Assembly (NCBI GenBank): GCA_026770705.1
Contig: JANJGN010000544.1
Location: 186,001 to 250,000 of the forward strand
DNA: 64,000 bases
DNA from: Isurus oxyrinchus
Taxonomy: Eukaryota
Direction: 5' to 3'
Under the pieces are notes generated by a model. It worked only from the letters and a program-made list of their open reading frames with translations, searched no databases and was not told the origin of the DNA. Position 1 is the stretch's first letter, and each line of letters begins with the position of its first letter. The position numbers and the translations under genes are program-made. This document shows, in pieces, positions 11,610 to 25,500 of this stretch.

Positions 11610-13255
11610 ATGGGTACTGTAAGAGGTGTGGGCCCTGACAATATTCCAGCTACAGTAATGAAGGCTTGAGCTCCAGAACTTGCCGCACCCCTAGCCAAGC
11701 TCTTTCAGTAAATCTAGAACACTGGCATCTACCCGGTTATGTGGAAAATTTGCCCAGTGCCCAAAAAACAGGACAAATCCAACCCAGCCAATTGCCACCC
11801 CATCAGCCAGCTCTCCATCATCAGTAAAGTAACGGAAGGGGTCATCAGTGCTATCAAGCAGCACTTTAGTAATAATCTGCTCATTGATGCCCAGTTTCGT
11901 TTCTGCTAGGGCGACTCAGCTCCTGACCTCATTACAACCTTAGTTCAAACATGGTCAGAATAGGTGAACTCTCGAGGTGAGGTGCCTGTGACTGCCCTTG
12001 ATATCAAGGAGCCCTAGCAAAAGTGAGTCAATGGGAATCAGGGGGAAAACTCTCCACCGGTTGGAGTCATACTTAGCACAAAGGGAGATGGCTGTAATTG
12101 TTGGAGGTCAGTCAACGCAGCTCCAGGACATCACTGCAGGAGTTCCTCAGAGGAGTGTCCTTGGCCTAACTATCTTCAGCTACTTCATCAATGACCTTAT
12201 TTCCATCATAAGGTCAGAAGTGGGGATTTTCGCTGGTGATTGCACAATATTCAGCACTATTTGTGACTCCTCAGACACTGAAGCAGTCCATGTCCAAATG
12301 CAGCAAGACCTGGACAATATCCAGGCTTGGGTTGACAAGTGGTAATTAACAATCACACCACACAAGTGTCAGGCAATGACCCTGTCCAACAAGAGGGAAC
12401 CTAACCATCGCCCTTTGACATTCAATGGGATTACGGTCACTGAATCCCCCACTATTAACAACCTGGCGGTTACCCTTGACCATAAACTGAACTGGACTAT
12501 CCACGTAAATACTGTGTCTACAAGAGCAGGTCAGAGGCTGTGAATCCTGCAGCGAGTAACCCGTCTCCTGACTGCCTAAAGCCTGTCCAGCATCTACAAG
12601 GCAAAAGTCAGGAGTGTGATGGAATAGTCCCCACTTGCCTGCATGAGTACAGCTCCCACTGTACGCAATAATCCTCACACGACCGAGGACAAAGCAGCTG
12701 GTCAATCGACACCACATCCACAAACATTCACTCCCTCCGCCACCGACGCACAGTGGCAATAGTGTGTACCATCTACAAGATGCACTGCAGGAAATCACCA
12801 AAGATCCTTCAGCAGCACTTTTCAAACCCACGGCCGTTACCATCTAGTAGGACAAGGGCAGCAGAGACAATGGGACACCACCTCCTGGAAGTTCCCCTCC
12901 AAGTTATTCACCATCCTGAGTTGGAAAATTATAGCCGTTCCTGCACTGTCGCTGGGTCAAAATCCCGGAACTACCCAGCAGCATTGTGGTTGTATCTACA
13001 TCACATGAATTGGTTTCATTTGTCCTTTAGTGAAAAAAACCTGCCATCCTCTCCTGGCCTACATATGACACCAGATCCACAGCAAGTGTGGTTGATACTT
13101 AAATGTCCCCTAACATGACCCTCACAATTAGGAGTGGACAGCAAATGCCGACCTTGGTTCAAGGAAGTAGCTCATCACCATCTCCAAGGGTAATTAGGGA
13201 TGAGAAGAAATGCTGGCCCAGCCAGTGATGCCCACATCCTGCAAACAAATAGAAG
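11610..13255 (+). mobile_element. CR1/L2-group LINE (family B), RT region to 3' end, with a nested SINE piece at ~13010-13140
   Basis: ORF 11998-12345 contains GVPQRSVLGLTIFSYFINDL and IFAGD (degenerate FADD). Also KKQDKSNPAN..PIS, multiple stops and frameshifts, and the 3' tail. Confidence 0.88.
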
Positions 13256-13304
13256 AATTACCTTTTCTCATGGTTCTGAATTCAACTGCCTCTGAATTCT
13301 ACCT

Positions 13305-13685
13305 CGGGGAGATGGAGGATTAGTGGTAACCTCACTGGACGAGTAATCCAGAGAGCCAGGCTAATGCTCATTGGCTCAAATCCCACTACAGCAGTTCGTG
13401 CAATTTAAATTCACCAAGTCTAGAAAACGAAGCTCGTCTCAGTAATGGCAGTGATGAAACTCAGCGATTGTTGTAAAAACCCATCTGGCTCAATATTGTC
13501 CTTTCGGGAAGGAAACCTGTTGTCCTTACTCGGTCTGGGCTGCATGTGACTCCAGACCCACCGCAAATGTGGCTGACTCTTAAATGCCCCAGGAAATTTG
13601 CCCCAGCAGGCCACTCAGTTCAATGGGAATTAGGAGTGGACAGAAAATGCTGGCCCTGCCAGTGATGTCCACAAACCATAAAGAG
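13305..13685 (+). mobile_element. Near full-length tRNA-derived SINE
   Basis: A-box-like tggaggattagtgg, B-box-like ggctcaaatccc, a body repeated elsewhere in the window, and a family-B-like tail. Confidence 0.75.
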
Positions 13686-14814
13686 AAAAACAAAATAAAA
13701 TGGGACACCTGCAAGTGTGCAGTGCTCAGTCCTGCACAGCCCTATTGGGCCTAGGGTGGAGCTTCAATCCGGACATCATCCTCGGTACAATGACTAATGC
13801 TAAAGTGATCATTTAAGGGCCTGACTGAGTATTTCACACTAACATTGAGCTGAGTAAAACAATTCAGGATCTAAAGACAAGACACAGGGTGGGTACATTT
13901 CAATGTAAATCTTTAATATTTAGAAAAAAATAAAACATTTAAAAAGTTCCAAAGTCTCATGTCTCGCAAATGGCTACAGTGCCCCAGGATGAGCCCAGCA
14001 GTAATGGGAAATGTGGGAACAGGTTCAGGCAGTGAGAGGGAGACAGCATGTGAGCAATATCAGACACGATGGACATGGTCATTCAGATCAGACCATCGCC
14101 ATTCAGGTCGTTTCAACTGGTCAACTTGACCGAATATAGAACAAAGGGACAAATGGAGAGCAGCGATTTAAGAAACTTTAAAAAATGTGAACTGACCTAG
14201 TGACAGATATGAGCCATGAATGCATTAAGGAGAGAGTGTATGGTACCTGGAAAACGCTCGGCTGTTAGCAATATTTGACTAAGAACAGTTTATGTTGGCG
14301 GGCGGATGCCGCTGGGGCAGAAGACATTCCATTCTGTATTTCACCAGCAGTCGCTCAAGGTCAATTTCAAGCACAAGTGAGTGGTGACGAATTCGAAGGC
14401 TATAAGATGGCAGACACATTCGTTCAGGATAAATCGAGGCTCACCGGTCTCCAGATCACCCTCTTCACCAGCAAAGTGCCCGTCTCACTGAAAGAGGAGA
14501 ACACGGGTGAGAAAGAGTTCATTCTCAAGGGGGTTGAGATCTGTCAGGCTAACCTCATATCTCCCTCATCTATCCTGGATACCACTGAGCCCCCCACCCC
14601 CAGCGATAGTCAGTTAACTGGAGCTGCGATCTGATATTCATGTAGTGAGCAGGGAGTGACCAGGGTCTCAGGTTGCTGGTTAATCACACTGCAGTCCCAT
14701 ATCAGTGACTCGTACATGGAACAGCATTAACTTGCCAACAGGGATGCAACTGCAGTGACATTGTCAACAGTCATAAACCTGGGACAGTTGTCGATTTATT
14801 GGTACTTTGGCATA

Positions 14815-15470
14815 TTTAATTCATTTCACAGGATATGGGCATCACTGGTGAGCCAGCATGTATTGCCCTTCCCCAGTTGCCCCTTAGAAGTTGGTGGTGA
14901 GCTGCCTTCTTGAGCCGCTGCAGTCCATGTGGTTTAGGTACACCCACAGTGCTGTTTGGAATGGAGTTCCAGGGTTTTGACCCAGCGAAGTGAAAGAAGG
15001 GCAATATTTTTCCAAGTCAGCATGGTGAGCGACTTGGAGGGGAATTTCCAGGTACTGGTGCTCCCATGTGTCTGCTGCCGTTGTCCTTCTGGATGGGTTT
15101 GGAAGGTGCTGTCGAAGGAGACTTGGTGAATTCCTACAGTTTATCTTGTAGATGGTACACGCTGCTGTTACTGTGCGTCGGTGGTGGAGGGAGTGAATGT
15201 TTGTGGATGAGGTGCCAATCAAGTGGGCTGCTTTGGTGTCAAGCTTCTTGAGTTTGTGTTTAGGAGATGCACAAATCCAGGCAAGAGGAGAGTACTCCAT
15301 CACACTCCTGACTTGTGCCTTTAGATGGTGGACAGACTTTGGGGAGTCAGGAGGTGAGTTACTCATCGCACAATCCCCAGCCTCTCTGACCTGCACTTGT
15401 GGCCACAGTATTTATATGACTAGCCGAATTTAGTTTCTGGTCAATAGTAACCTCCAGGATACTGACAATG
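14815..15470 (-). mobile_element. CR1/L2-group LINE (family B) 3' fragment
   Basis: KAQVRSVMEYSPLAW, HSLHHRRTVTAACTIYK, and the 3' tail. Confidence 0.85.
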
Positions 15471-15617
15471 CATTTATGATACATGCTGCAAGTATTCCTG
15501 CTGAAGAATTTTAGATAAATGAATTTATTCAATGGCCAAGAGTACCGCATGAATGAATTAAAAGGGTCAAAGCCTCGTCTCAAATCCGTTTCATTGTGTT
15601 GTGATTAAAGTAATGCA

Positions 15618-15653
15618 ATGCTACCCTCTGCTGGCACCTCACCGCCACTACAG
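15618..15653 (-). promoter_or_regulatory. CTCF-like site (upstream module + core)
   Basis: Minus strand CTGTAGTGGC-ggtgag-GTGCCAGCAGAGGGTAGCAT. Confidence 0.55.
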
Positions 15654-16104
15654 GCGCTGCTGTTTGCCAGCCTCAGAGAAGTTCCGTTACTGCATGGTTG
15701 CATTTTAAAACATACTGACGAATTATGTATATGGAACAATACTGTGTCGGATTGAAGTTCGCAGCAGGGTTCGCTCTTTTACCACCTGACCCTGTACATG
15801 AACTCTCTCATCATTCCCCATTGGAGGTATTGGTTGAAGCTGGTTGTTGGGAGTTATTTCAGACTGCAATGTGCACATTTGGTACAGTTATCAGACTCTA
15901 ATCTCATTCAGAATGGGAGTATTTAAACTTTGCTGTATTCTGTAATTCCTCTGCAATACATTGGATCTTGTTAAAGCTTTTTTACTACTTATGTCTCCAA
16001 GATAATGTTCTCCATTTCTCACATTCTTGGACCAAGGGGGGAAATTATATATATCAAACACAAACAATATATGGGAGAGAATTTATTTTCACATCTTTAC
16101 AGCC

Positions 16105-16385
16105 TGGTCAGCGAATCTAAAACACGGGGAACGATCCCAGGATAAGGGGCCGAACATTTTGGTCTGAGATGAGGAGGAATTACTTCACTCAAAGTGTTGT
16201 GAACCTTTGGAATTCCCTACCTCAGAGAGCTCTGGATTCTCCATCCAATTCAGTTCGGGATAGGCAGGGTTACAGTGTCTCGGGGATTTAAGGGATATGG
16301 GCAAAGGGCGGAAACAAGGAGTTGAATGACAGAGCAGATCGACGGCCATTCCGCCTATTCCTGCTCCTATCTTTGTGTTCCTGTA
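16105..16385 (+). mobile_element. CR1 LINE 3' fragment
   Basis: Encodes EMRRNYFTQSVVNLWNSL, followed by the tail cctattcctgctccta. Confidence 0.8.
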
Positions 16386-16699
16386 AGAATCAATGTTAAC
16401 AGCTTCCACGCTTTCGAGAGTCTGCTCCATAGATCGAAAACACAGTGGAATATTAACCTGAACTTTCCAGCTCCATTAGAGCAGGCTGGAAGGTGGCAAG
16501 ACTGGCACTATGCCAGGGATGGTGTCAGGAAGCGTGGAGAGAGGGAATCGGTGTCCGTCCCAGGGCCTCGTTTGCTTTGCTCATGGTTGAAAGATAATCA
16601 ACTCTTGTCAGTCAGAAACCAGTTTTTATTCTTTTTCCATACAGGTTATTTTTTCCATGTGTGATTTTTCCTTCCTTAATTCCTTATCTCCATGTGACA

Positions 16700-17600
16700 C
16701 ATTTTGAATTCCTCTCCGAGGAATGTTATCCACTGCCTTTCTGCCCATTTTTCACGTATTTAAATCCGCCCATAGCTTACCCTGATCAGATGTGCACCTG
16801 TGATCTTCAGTAGCCTTTTCCCTCGCTGCAGTTGTAAGCATTGATCTTCTGGCTTCATTTGTCAGAATCTTAAACTAATGCGGAATGAAACAGAACAATG
16901 TGGGATCCCAATGTTCATATTCTTCCTGTTCGAATACAATCCCTGTATCATTACAATCTGGAATCTGTCAATCAACTAATTCCGATTCCCTTGCAGTCCT
17001 CCCTCTGACTGTGGCGATATTTCTTCCAGGGTCCCATCCTTTCCAGAGGAACTGTTTAGAAAGCCTGCAGAAATCCAAATGCATCACATCCACTGTCTCT
17101 CTTGCCCCATGAAGCTCGTTTTGCTCACGTTCAGAGTGATCAGTCAGCTCGATAAGCGAGTCCTTTCCTTCATGGACACTTACTGGCTGCAGTGAAAGGT
17201 TCTCCTTCTCTCCACATGCCCCATAAACCTTCCTTTCTTACGGGTTTACGAGGGGTAACTCATTGTGATTTCCTGACTTACTTTTGCGAGCATTTTACCA
17301 AAGAACAATAAACGCTGCATTTTATTTTATCTGCTCGCCAGGCGTCTTTGCAGAATGCAAGCATTTTTCACAGATTTATGACTGAGAACCTGCATATTTT
17401 AGCTTAATTCCATAAAAATCCTCGGATGCATCTTATCTGGGCCGTGGAGTGATTCAGCTGAATTTCCACAGCTCTTCATCAACCATGCTGATGCTAACGT
17501 AATAAATGTAGCAATTTGCCCCTGAAAGTCCTATGGTCTCATTTGCGGATCAAATGTACATATTAACTGTTCCCTCTTTCATAGAAGATGAAACAAAAAT
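16700..17600 (-). mobile_element. Highly decayed CR1-like RT region
   Basis: Remnants of the W..VTSG.PQGSVLG, VD...LDF.KAF and GPD..HPRI motifs on the minus strand. Confidence 0.45.
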
Positions 17601-17759
17601 ACATATTTAACGCAATTATAGCCCAGCTAGCATCAGTGGTGTTGCCCTCACTCGATCCAATTTTCACACTCCACCTATGTTATTTTCTTGTAACAACAAC
17701 AAAAATATATTAGCGTTTTCTTCCTATGCCATACCCTGTTTGAAAGAAGATTTGTTAAA

Positions 17760-18122
17760 GTTGTCCTGAATCATGACGGTCCATACAGAGTAGGCAGGGA
17801 GAAAGAGTTCCCAATGGTGGAAGATTCGAGAACAAGTGGGCACAGATTTAAGATAATCAGGAAAAGAAGCAACGGCGACATTTAAAAATAAACTTTTTGT
17901 CGCGCAGTGAGTGGTTAGGATTTGGAGTGGACAGGCTGAGTGTGTGGTGGAGGCAGATTCAATTGATGCTTTCAAAAACAAATTCCATCATTTTCGGAAA
18001 AGGGAACAATGCTGGACGAGGGGGAAACGTGTGGAAATAGGTCAATTGCTCCTTTAGAGGGTTAGCATCGACCAGACAAATGGCCTCTTACTTTTCTGTA
18101 AGAATTCTTCGATTCTATGATT
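17760..18122 (+). mobile_element. CR1 LINE 3' fragment
   Basis: TSGHRFKII...FVAQ.VVRIW region, followed by the tail aatggcctc...gattctatgatt. Confidence 0.75.
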
Positions 18123-18125
18123 GCT

Positions 18126-18662
18126 GTCAGAAACAGTAAATTAAATCAGCATTTCACAGCATCTGCAATAGCAAGGTTTGTCCAGCAGATGGAACCGAAA
18201 CCGTGATTGTTCAAATTGCGTGAGGCAGGCATTTCTCGATGGTTACTGCATTGGCCCTGTCTCCACTCATATCAAACCACACACCGTGCCTGTTTAAATA
18301 ACACTAGGTCGTGTCATTGATCATATTAGAGGAGGCTATGTCTCACTTATTTCTGTATTCGGCCCAATCTCTTCTCAACCAAAGCCCTCTTTCTGTTCTG
18401 TGACACACTCACAGTTATGACTGCACGCAACCATGCCTCAGCTAACATGACAAAACTTCATGTCCCAATTGATAATACCTTGTACAATGTCCCCCTTTGT
18501 ACTAAACTGGAACATGTGCCTGTTTGCATTACACGAGGCTTTCCCTCAGTTATTACTTGAGTTGACCCTGCCATGTTTATATTAAGCTAGAGGAGGTCAC
18601 ACTGAATGCTGCACGAGTCCATGTTCTGTTTATAGAACACGATGCCCTGTCTCTGTTGTTAG
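18126..18662. repeat. Composite repeat terminus + 27-bp array (truncated by CR1 insertions)
   Basis: Collinear with 2345-2870 and 22570-23100. Confidence 0.6.
18163..18196 (+). promoter_or_regulatory. CTCF-like site in repeat terminus
   Basis: CTGCAATAGC-aaggtt-TGTCCAGCAGATGGAACC. Confidence 0.5.
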
Positions 18663-18664
18663 TA

Positions 18665-19325
18665 CTGACAGGCTGGATAATAAATCATATGGTATCTGAG
18701 GCTTTATAAATTGGGGCACAAAGTTCAAAATCAAAGAGTTTTTCGAACACTGTTAAAGTCTCAACATGAGAATTGCGTCCAGTTCTGGGCACCACACTTT
18801 AAGAAAAGTGTGAATGTATCAGTGAGAGAGTAGGAAAGATTCACGAGAATGGTTCCAGGGATGGAGACCTTCAGTTAAACTGGCAGATGAGAGGAATTGG
18901 TACTGCTTTCCATAGAGGAGAAAAGGTTGGGGCAGAAGTTATAGATGTATTCAAAATCTAGATGGGTCTGGACAGAGATGAAAGTAGAAAACGGTCCAAT
19001 TGGTGGAAGGATCGAGAACCAAGGGGCACAGATTTAAGGTAATTGGGAAAATAAGCATTAGCGACATGAGGAAACGCTTTTATTCATGCAGCGAGTGGAT
19101 AGGACCTTGAATGGACTGCGTGAGGATGTGGTGGAGGCCGTGACAATCGAGCCATTCAAAATGGGATTGGATAATTATATGAAAAGGAGGAAAACATCTG
19201 GCCTACGGGGAGCAGACAGAGGGTGGCAGGAGATGAATTAATCCTTCACAAGACAAGAACAGTAAGAACGAACGGAATGGCCTTTAAGTAGTGATAATAT
19301 ACGAATATTATATGGTTTTATGATG
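18665..19325 (+). mobile_element. CR1 LINE 3' fragment
   Basis: Encodes CVQFWAPHFKK, RFTRMVPG and RTKGHRFKVIG, followed by the tail. Confidence 0.8.
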
Positions 19326-19969
19326 ATACAAAATAATATTTATCTTATCTTTACAGCTCAGTTTGAGTTTCTGCTATTGAGGCTATATAGCTTTTAGGCT
19401 GGGAGCAGGAACCGGTGTTATTGCCTTAATTACTTTAAGGTACAGAGAAGCTTAGGTTCCATGAATTATATTTGTTTTATTTGAATTGTGCAATTGAGGG
19501 ATTCTTTGTCAGTTTCAAAGGGATAAACAAAAAAGGTGAATTCAGCAGCTTTAACTTAACACGACACCTCATCTTACAACTGAACGATCTATGACTTGGT
19601 TCAATTGACGAAACCATATCCGTAAAGCAGAAGATCTGTATTGGAGGGCAGCCTTTGTCTTGACATAACTGTAGGAAGGTGTTATTAACATTTACTAATA
19701 ATGTATTGCATCTCTGGTATGGTGCTAAAACAAGTGTTGACGTGGCTATATACAATAAGTTGTATTGTTGATAAGAAGATGTAACATTGTTTGCAGTAGC
19801 TCTGTATTTACAAGGGTGCGTTATTTGCTCACAATTGAATATACATCCCGGAGCCCAGGGAATAAGAGATACAGATTTGTCCTCAGTGTTCATGGCTTTA
19901 GACACAGAGATGAAGTGACACCAAATGAGCCTCACCCCAAGCCAATGAAAGAGGTTAATTTTGATTCTT

Positions 19970-22548
19970 TCCAAATAAGAGCACATCTACAATTAAAGAA
20001 GTACGATTTGATCGCCATTGCAGACATGGCTGCAGGAGGACATGGATTGGGACTTGAATATCAAGGGGCATTTTGGAAGGACATGAGGAGAAGAAATGGC
20101 GGAGGGGTGGATCTGCTAGTTAATGGTGGCTTAGCAGAACAGAGAGGGATGAGCCAAACCCATCTAACCAGGACGTGCAAACACTTTGGATAGAGGTGAA
20201 AAATGGGAAAGTAAAGACAGCGCTTGTAGGAGTCGTGTGCAGGCCTCCTAATAGTAGCCACACAGTAACATGAAGGAAGAAATAACGGGAGCGTGTCAGA
20301 AAGGCACGACCATAATCATGGGAGCTTTTAAACTACATATGGACTGGAAAAGTCAGATGTGTAAAGGTAGCCCAGATGTGGAGCTGATCGAATGCTTCTG
20401 GGATTGTTTCTTAGTTTTAGAGCCAACTAGAAAGCAGGCTATACCAGACCTGGTATTGTGCAATGAGATGGATTTAATTAATGACATCATGGTGAAGGCA
20501 GCCCTCGGTAATACTGACTATTGTATGATTGAATTTTACATTCTGTTTGAGGGAGAGAGGAGTGGGTCCGAGACTATATTTTTAAGACTGAATGAGGGAA
20601 ATTATGAGGGCATAAAAGCAGAACTGACTAAAGTGAATTGGCAAATTAAGTTAAGGGATAGGTTCATTGCGAAGTAATAGTTTTAATTTTAGGGGATATA
20701 TCAAGATACACAGGATATATACATTCCAGCGAGTACAAATAAGGTCCAGGGGACAACACACCATCCGTGGTTACCTAGAAAGGTGAACGAGAGTACAAAA
20801 TTTAAAGAAAACATATATATGATTGTGCAATGATAGTTGGAATGCCAATAGATTGGGCAGAAGAGAAGGATCAGCTTCAGATGACTAAAAGTTTAATAAG
20901 GAGGGGAATAAAGTAGAATACGACAGAAAGTTAGCCACAAATATAAAAACAGATAGTAAGAGCTTCCATGAATATATTTTTGTAAAGAGACGAGTTATTG
21001 AAGTGAGCGTTCACACCAGAGAAAGTGAGTCTGAAGAATTGTTAATGGAAACCACGGAAATGGCAGATGAATCGAACAGGTACTTTGCATCAGTAGTTAG
21101 TACAGAGGAAACAATTAACATTCCAGAGGCAGCTGTAAATCAGGAAATGGAAGGCAGGGAGGAACTCAGGAAAATTACAAACACCAGAGAAGTGGTACTG
21201 AGTAAATAGTTGGAGCTGTGGGCTGACAACTGCCCGGGTCCTGATGGACTTCATCCTGGGGTCTGAAAAGAAGTGGCTAGTGAGATAGTTGAGGAATTGC
21301 TTTAATGTTTTTCCAAGCTCACTAGATTCAGCGGATGTCCCTTTAGTTTGGGATAGAAAAGAGGAGACAGGAAGCGGGAAACTGCAGGCCAGTTAGCTTG
21401 ACATCTGTTATGGGGGAAAAGTTAGAAGCTACTATGAAAAAAGCTGTACCAGATAACTTTGACAAGTTCAAGGTAATCAGGGAGAACCAGCATGATTTTG
21501 AGGAAGTAACATGGGCTGTGGATAAATGGTAACCGATATACTGCAGTAAGATTGGCAGAAGGCATTTGATCATGTGCCACATCAAAGGCTATTACAGAAG
21601 CCAAAAGCCCATGGTATATAGGGAAACTTATTAGTATGGATAGAAGATTGGCTGGCTAACAGGAATAAATGGAATTTTCAGGTTGGCAAGGTGTAACGAG
21701 TAGTGTGCCAAAGGACTCAGTGCTAGGACCTCAACTCTTTACAATTTATATAAATGAGTTGCATGAAGGGATGGAAGGGATGGTTGCCAAATTTGCTGAT
21801 GACACAAAGATAGGTAGGAAAGTAAGCTTTGAAGAGGACATAAGGAGGCTACAAAAAGACATAGATAGATAAAGAGAGTGGGCAAAGGTCTGGAGTATAA
21901 TACTGAAAATTTGAAATTGTCCATTTTGGCAGCAAGAATAAAAGAGAAGCATATTATCTAAATGGTAAGATATTGCAGAGCTCTGAGATTCAGTGATCTG
22001 GATGTCTTAGTGTGTGAATCATTAAAGGCTAATATGCAGGTACAGCAAGTAATTAGTAAATAGAAAGTTATCATTGATTGCAAAGGGAATTGAGTTTAAA
22101 AATAGGGATGTTATGCTCCGGTTATACAAAGCACTAGTGAGACCACATCTGGAGTACTGTGTGCCGTTTTGGTCACCTTGTTTAAGGAAGGATGTAAATA
22201 CATTAGAATCAGTTCAGAGAAGGTTTCCCAGATTCATAACTGGAATGGGCGGATTGTTTTATGAGGAACGATTAGACAGGCTAGGCTGGAGTTTAGGAGA
22301 GTAACAGGCGACTTGGTTGAAACATATAAGATCCTGGAGGTCCTTGAGAGGGTGGATGTACAGAGGATGTTTCCTCTTATTGGATAACCTGGGAACTTGT
22401 TCGGTCAGGCACAATTGAATACTCCATTATTATAAATCAAGAATTCGGAACGTAGATATTTTAACCAAAATGGTTTTATATCTCAAAATCTCCTAAGCTT
22501 TACAGGCCTCCTTCTGTGCTGCAAGCATTCCATGATTCAATGATTTAT
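19970..22548 (+). mobile_element. CR1 LINE ORF2 remnant (APE endonuclease + RT)
   Basis: YDLIAI, GGGVDLL, EPTRKQAIPDLVL (endonuclease); SVLGPQLFTIYINEL, KFADDTKIG, LYKALVRPHLEYCVPFWSP (RT). Many stops. Confidence 0.92.
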
Positions 22549-22569
22549 ATTTTTATCAATGACCTCACA

Positions 22570-25500
22570 AGCATTAACTGAAATTGGCATTTAAACGGCA
22601 TTGATAATAGCAACGTGTGTCCAGCAGACGGCAGTGAAGCCGAGGTATTTTACATTAAACAGGCATTCTCTCAATTGTTACCGAAATGGACGCTATCTCT
22701 GTTCACATTAAACTAGACTCCGTCTCTGATCATATCACAGGGTCATATTTCTGATGATTATACAGCAGGTCATGTCTATTTGTTTCCTTACTCAGCCTAA
22801 TCTCTGTTGTTGATATACCTGATCCGGGCCCTCTTTGTATTATATCAAACCTTCTCTGAGTTATGACTGCACTGAATCATCTCTCGGCTAACATGACATT
22901 AGGTCATGTCTCAATTGTTACTGAACTAGGCCCTGTCTCTTTTAATACTAAACCAGAACATGCTCATGGTTGCATCACAGGAGGCTGTGTCTCAGTTTTT
23001 ACTCTGCCACGTTTATATTGAACTTGACAATTTCACAGTTAATGCTGCGCATATAAATTTCTGTTTATATCACACAATGTCCTTGTACTATACCATGTCT
23101 CTCTCATGCCGCACTTGTCCAGGTTTCTATTGGTATTAATCTAGGTACTTGGCTGGGAGTGATTGCACTAGGTCTTATTTTAATTGATATTGCACAAGGT
23201 CCTTTATCAAGTTAAACTGCACTAGACCCTGTGTCAGTTTCTTTACACTAGATTCTGTCTCCTTTATTACTTCGTCAGTCCATGTCTCTGCTCAAATTAC
23301 ACACGCTACTGCCTCATCTATTCCTGCACCCAGCACTGCCTCACTTTATAATCTACGAGATCACATTTCTATTTACGTTACACTAGATCATCTCTCTGTT
23401 CATGTCAGTCTAGGTCACGTCTCTGCTGACATTCCGCTGGACGTTTCCTTGCAAGTGTTAATATAGAAATAGACCCTGTATTTTTGTATGCAGTGCAGAC
23501 CATGCCTGTGATTATTTTACACAAGGCCACGTCTATTACTAATACGCTGGACCTTGTCTCAGTAATTGTTAAACTTGACCCAGTTTCCTTTTCAATTATT
23601 GAGGATGTTGTAGCAATATTTGGTGCACTCGGCCCTGTCTCAGTATTGTTGCACCTGACCCTGTCTCGGTTTATATCCAAATGGATCCTGTCATAATATT
23701 ACACCAGTTCCTGCCTCAGTTATATCAGTGCTTGGCCCCATCTCAGTTGTTCTGGAACTATACCATGTCTCCTTTTGTATTACATACGGCAAAGTCCCAG
23801 TTCTTACTGCGCTGGACTAATGGTCCCTATACACAGCACTAAGCTTTGTTTTAGTTGTTGCTGCACTACTCCATGTCTCTGCTTATATTACGTTAGCCCT
23901 ATCTCTGATGTCTCACAAGTTACAGAAGATGCAGTCGCAGTTATTATTGCACTAGACTCTGCCTTTTTAATGCTAAACTGGAACACTTTTCAGTTTATAT
24001 TGCACTAGTCCTGATCTCTATTATTACTTCAGAAAACAATTTCTTAGCTTAAATTAAGCTAATCCAGACTCAGTTATTACTGCGCTAGACTGCATCCATG
24101 TGAAATATAGAGATAATATAAATAAAGTTAATGAGCTAGAAAATGGTCCCTGGCCTTGGCCAAAGATGGGCGGCATGAGATCGGCGACCAATTCAGCGCC
24201 TGATATTCAGTTTAATTGTAGTTGACAGTATCACGGATCATATGCCACCTGTTCTGTATGTTTTCATGAAGAGAATCATTCTTCACACTTGCACTGTAAT
24301 TCCTCGAATATAAATAATTTACTTTCACCATTGTTTGGCATTTCATGTTCTCTTATTCAAATTGTGGCTGTCGATCTTTTAATGCAGAAAAAAAAATATT
24401 GGTCCCATTTTCTACTCTGCCATTGTATAGAAAGTCATGGCATACATCGTTACTAAGATGAAGGTGCCAATTACCAATCTGTCGCTCGCCCCTCTATCTG
24501 ATGCAGCGCATAAGTCACTGTCGTCTGTTTGCCTGTCTGTCCGTTTCTCTCTCTCTCTCTCCATCACACACAAACACACACACACACCTCACGGTCTTTC
24601 TGCAACTTCAGTGAATGTGTTAACACCCCAAAAAAGAACAATTCATGTATTTCAACTGAAGATCGTTTAATATTATAATTATTTATTAATAACCATTCTG
24701 CTGTGTGCTCTTGTTTATAAAGTGATTCTAGACTGTTCAAGTCATTTCCCAGCTGGAGATATGTCTCATGTGATCAGACGGAATGTGGATTACATCACCT
24801 CGAGAATAAGGGCAGCTTATTGGCAAATGATCATAGCAGCATCTCACAGAAGTTCCTGTCTATACAGTGAGTCTGTGATCATTTGTGGAAGCAAAATGGA
24901 CAAATTGAAACTGTACCTGTTGTGAGGTAAATATAAATGTAATTCTATGCTTTATTACTCCTAGGGATGGAAAGGGTTGAAACATTCCTTGATCTCCAGG
25001 GAATTTTCAATCTTTTGTTTCTGCAACCTTTGAGTGTTACTTCCACTCTTTCCACTACAACTGCACTAATCCTTTTCGCACTGAATATTCTGCTTCTATG
25101 CTGTATGTTCCATGTAATGATTCAGGCTATCTGTAGCATAAACAGATGCAGGGTCGATGTATTACAAACAGATATATGGGCTGGTGCAGTATTAACAAAG
25201 CTATGGCCTGTTGTAATGGAAACAGAGATAACCTAGTGCGGTAATAGAGACAGGACCTGGTGTAATATAAGCAAAGATATGTACTACTGCATTAATTTCA
25301 GAGATAGGTCCTAGTGTAAAGATAGAAGAAATAAGTCTTTGTTTTATGATAATGGATACAATACTTTGCACAATGATATCCAAAATAGGTACCAGTGTAT
25401 CACTAAGTGATTACTGTCAAATTCATCAATGTTAGGAACATGTTACTGTTGAAAATGGACGGGAACAATGTTCCCATAATAATAGGCGTACATTAAGTTG

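Noticed and set aside
19970-22548. Active reverse transcriptase gene
   Set aside because: Multiple stops, frameshifts and deletions; all LINE copies in the window are defective.
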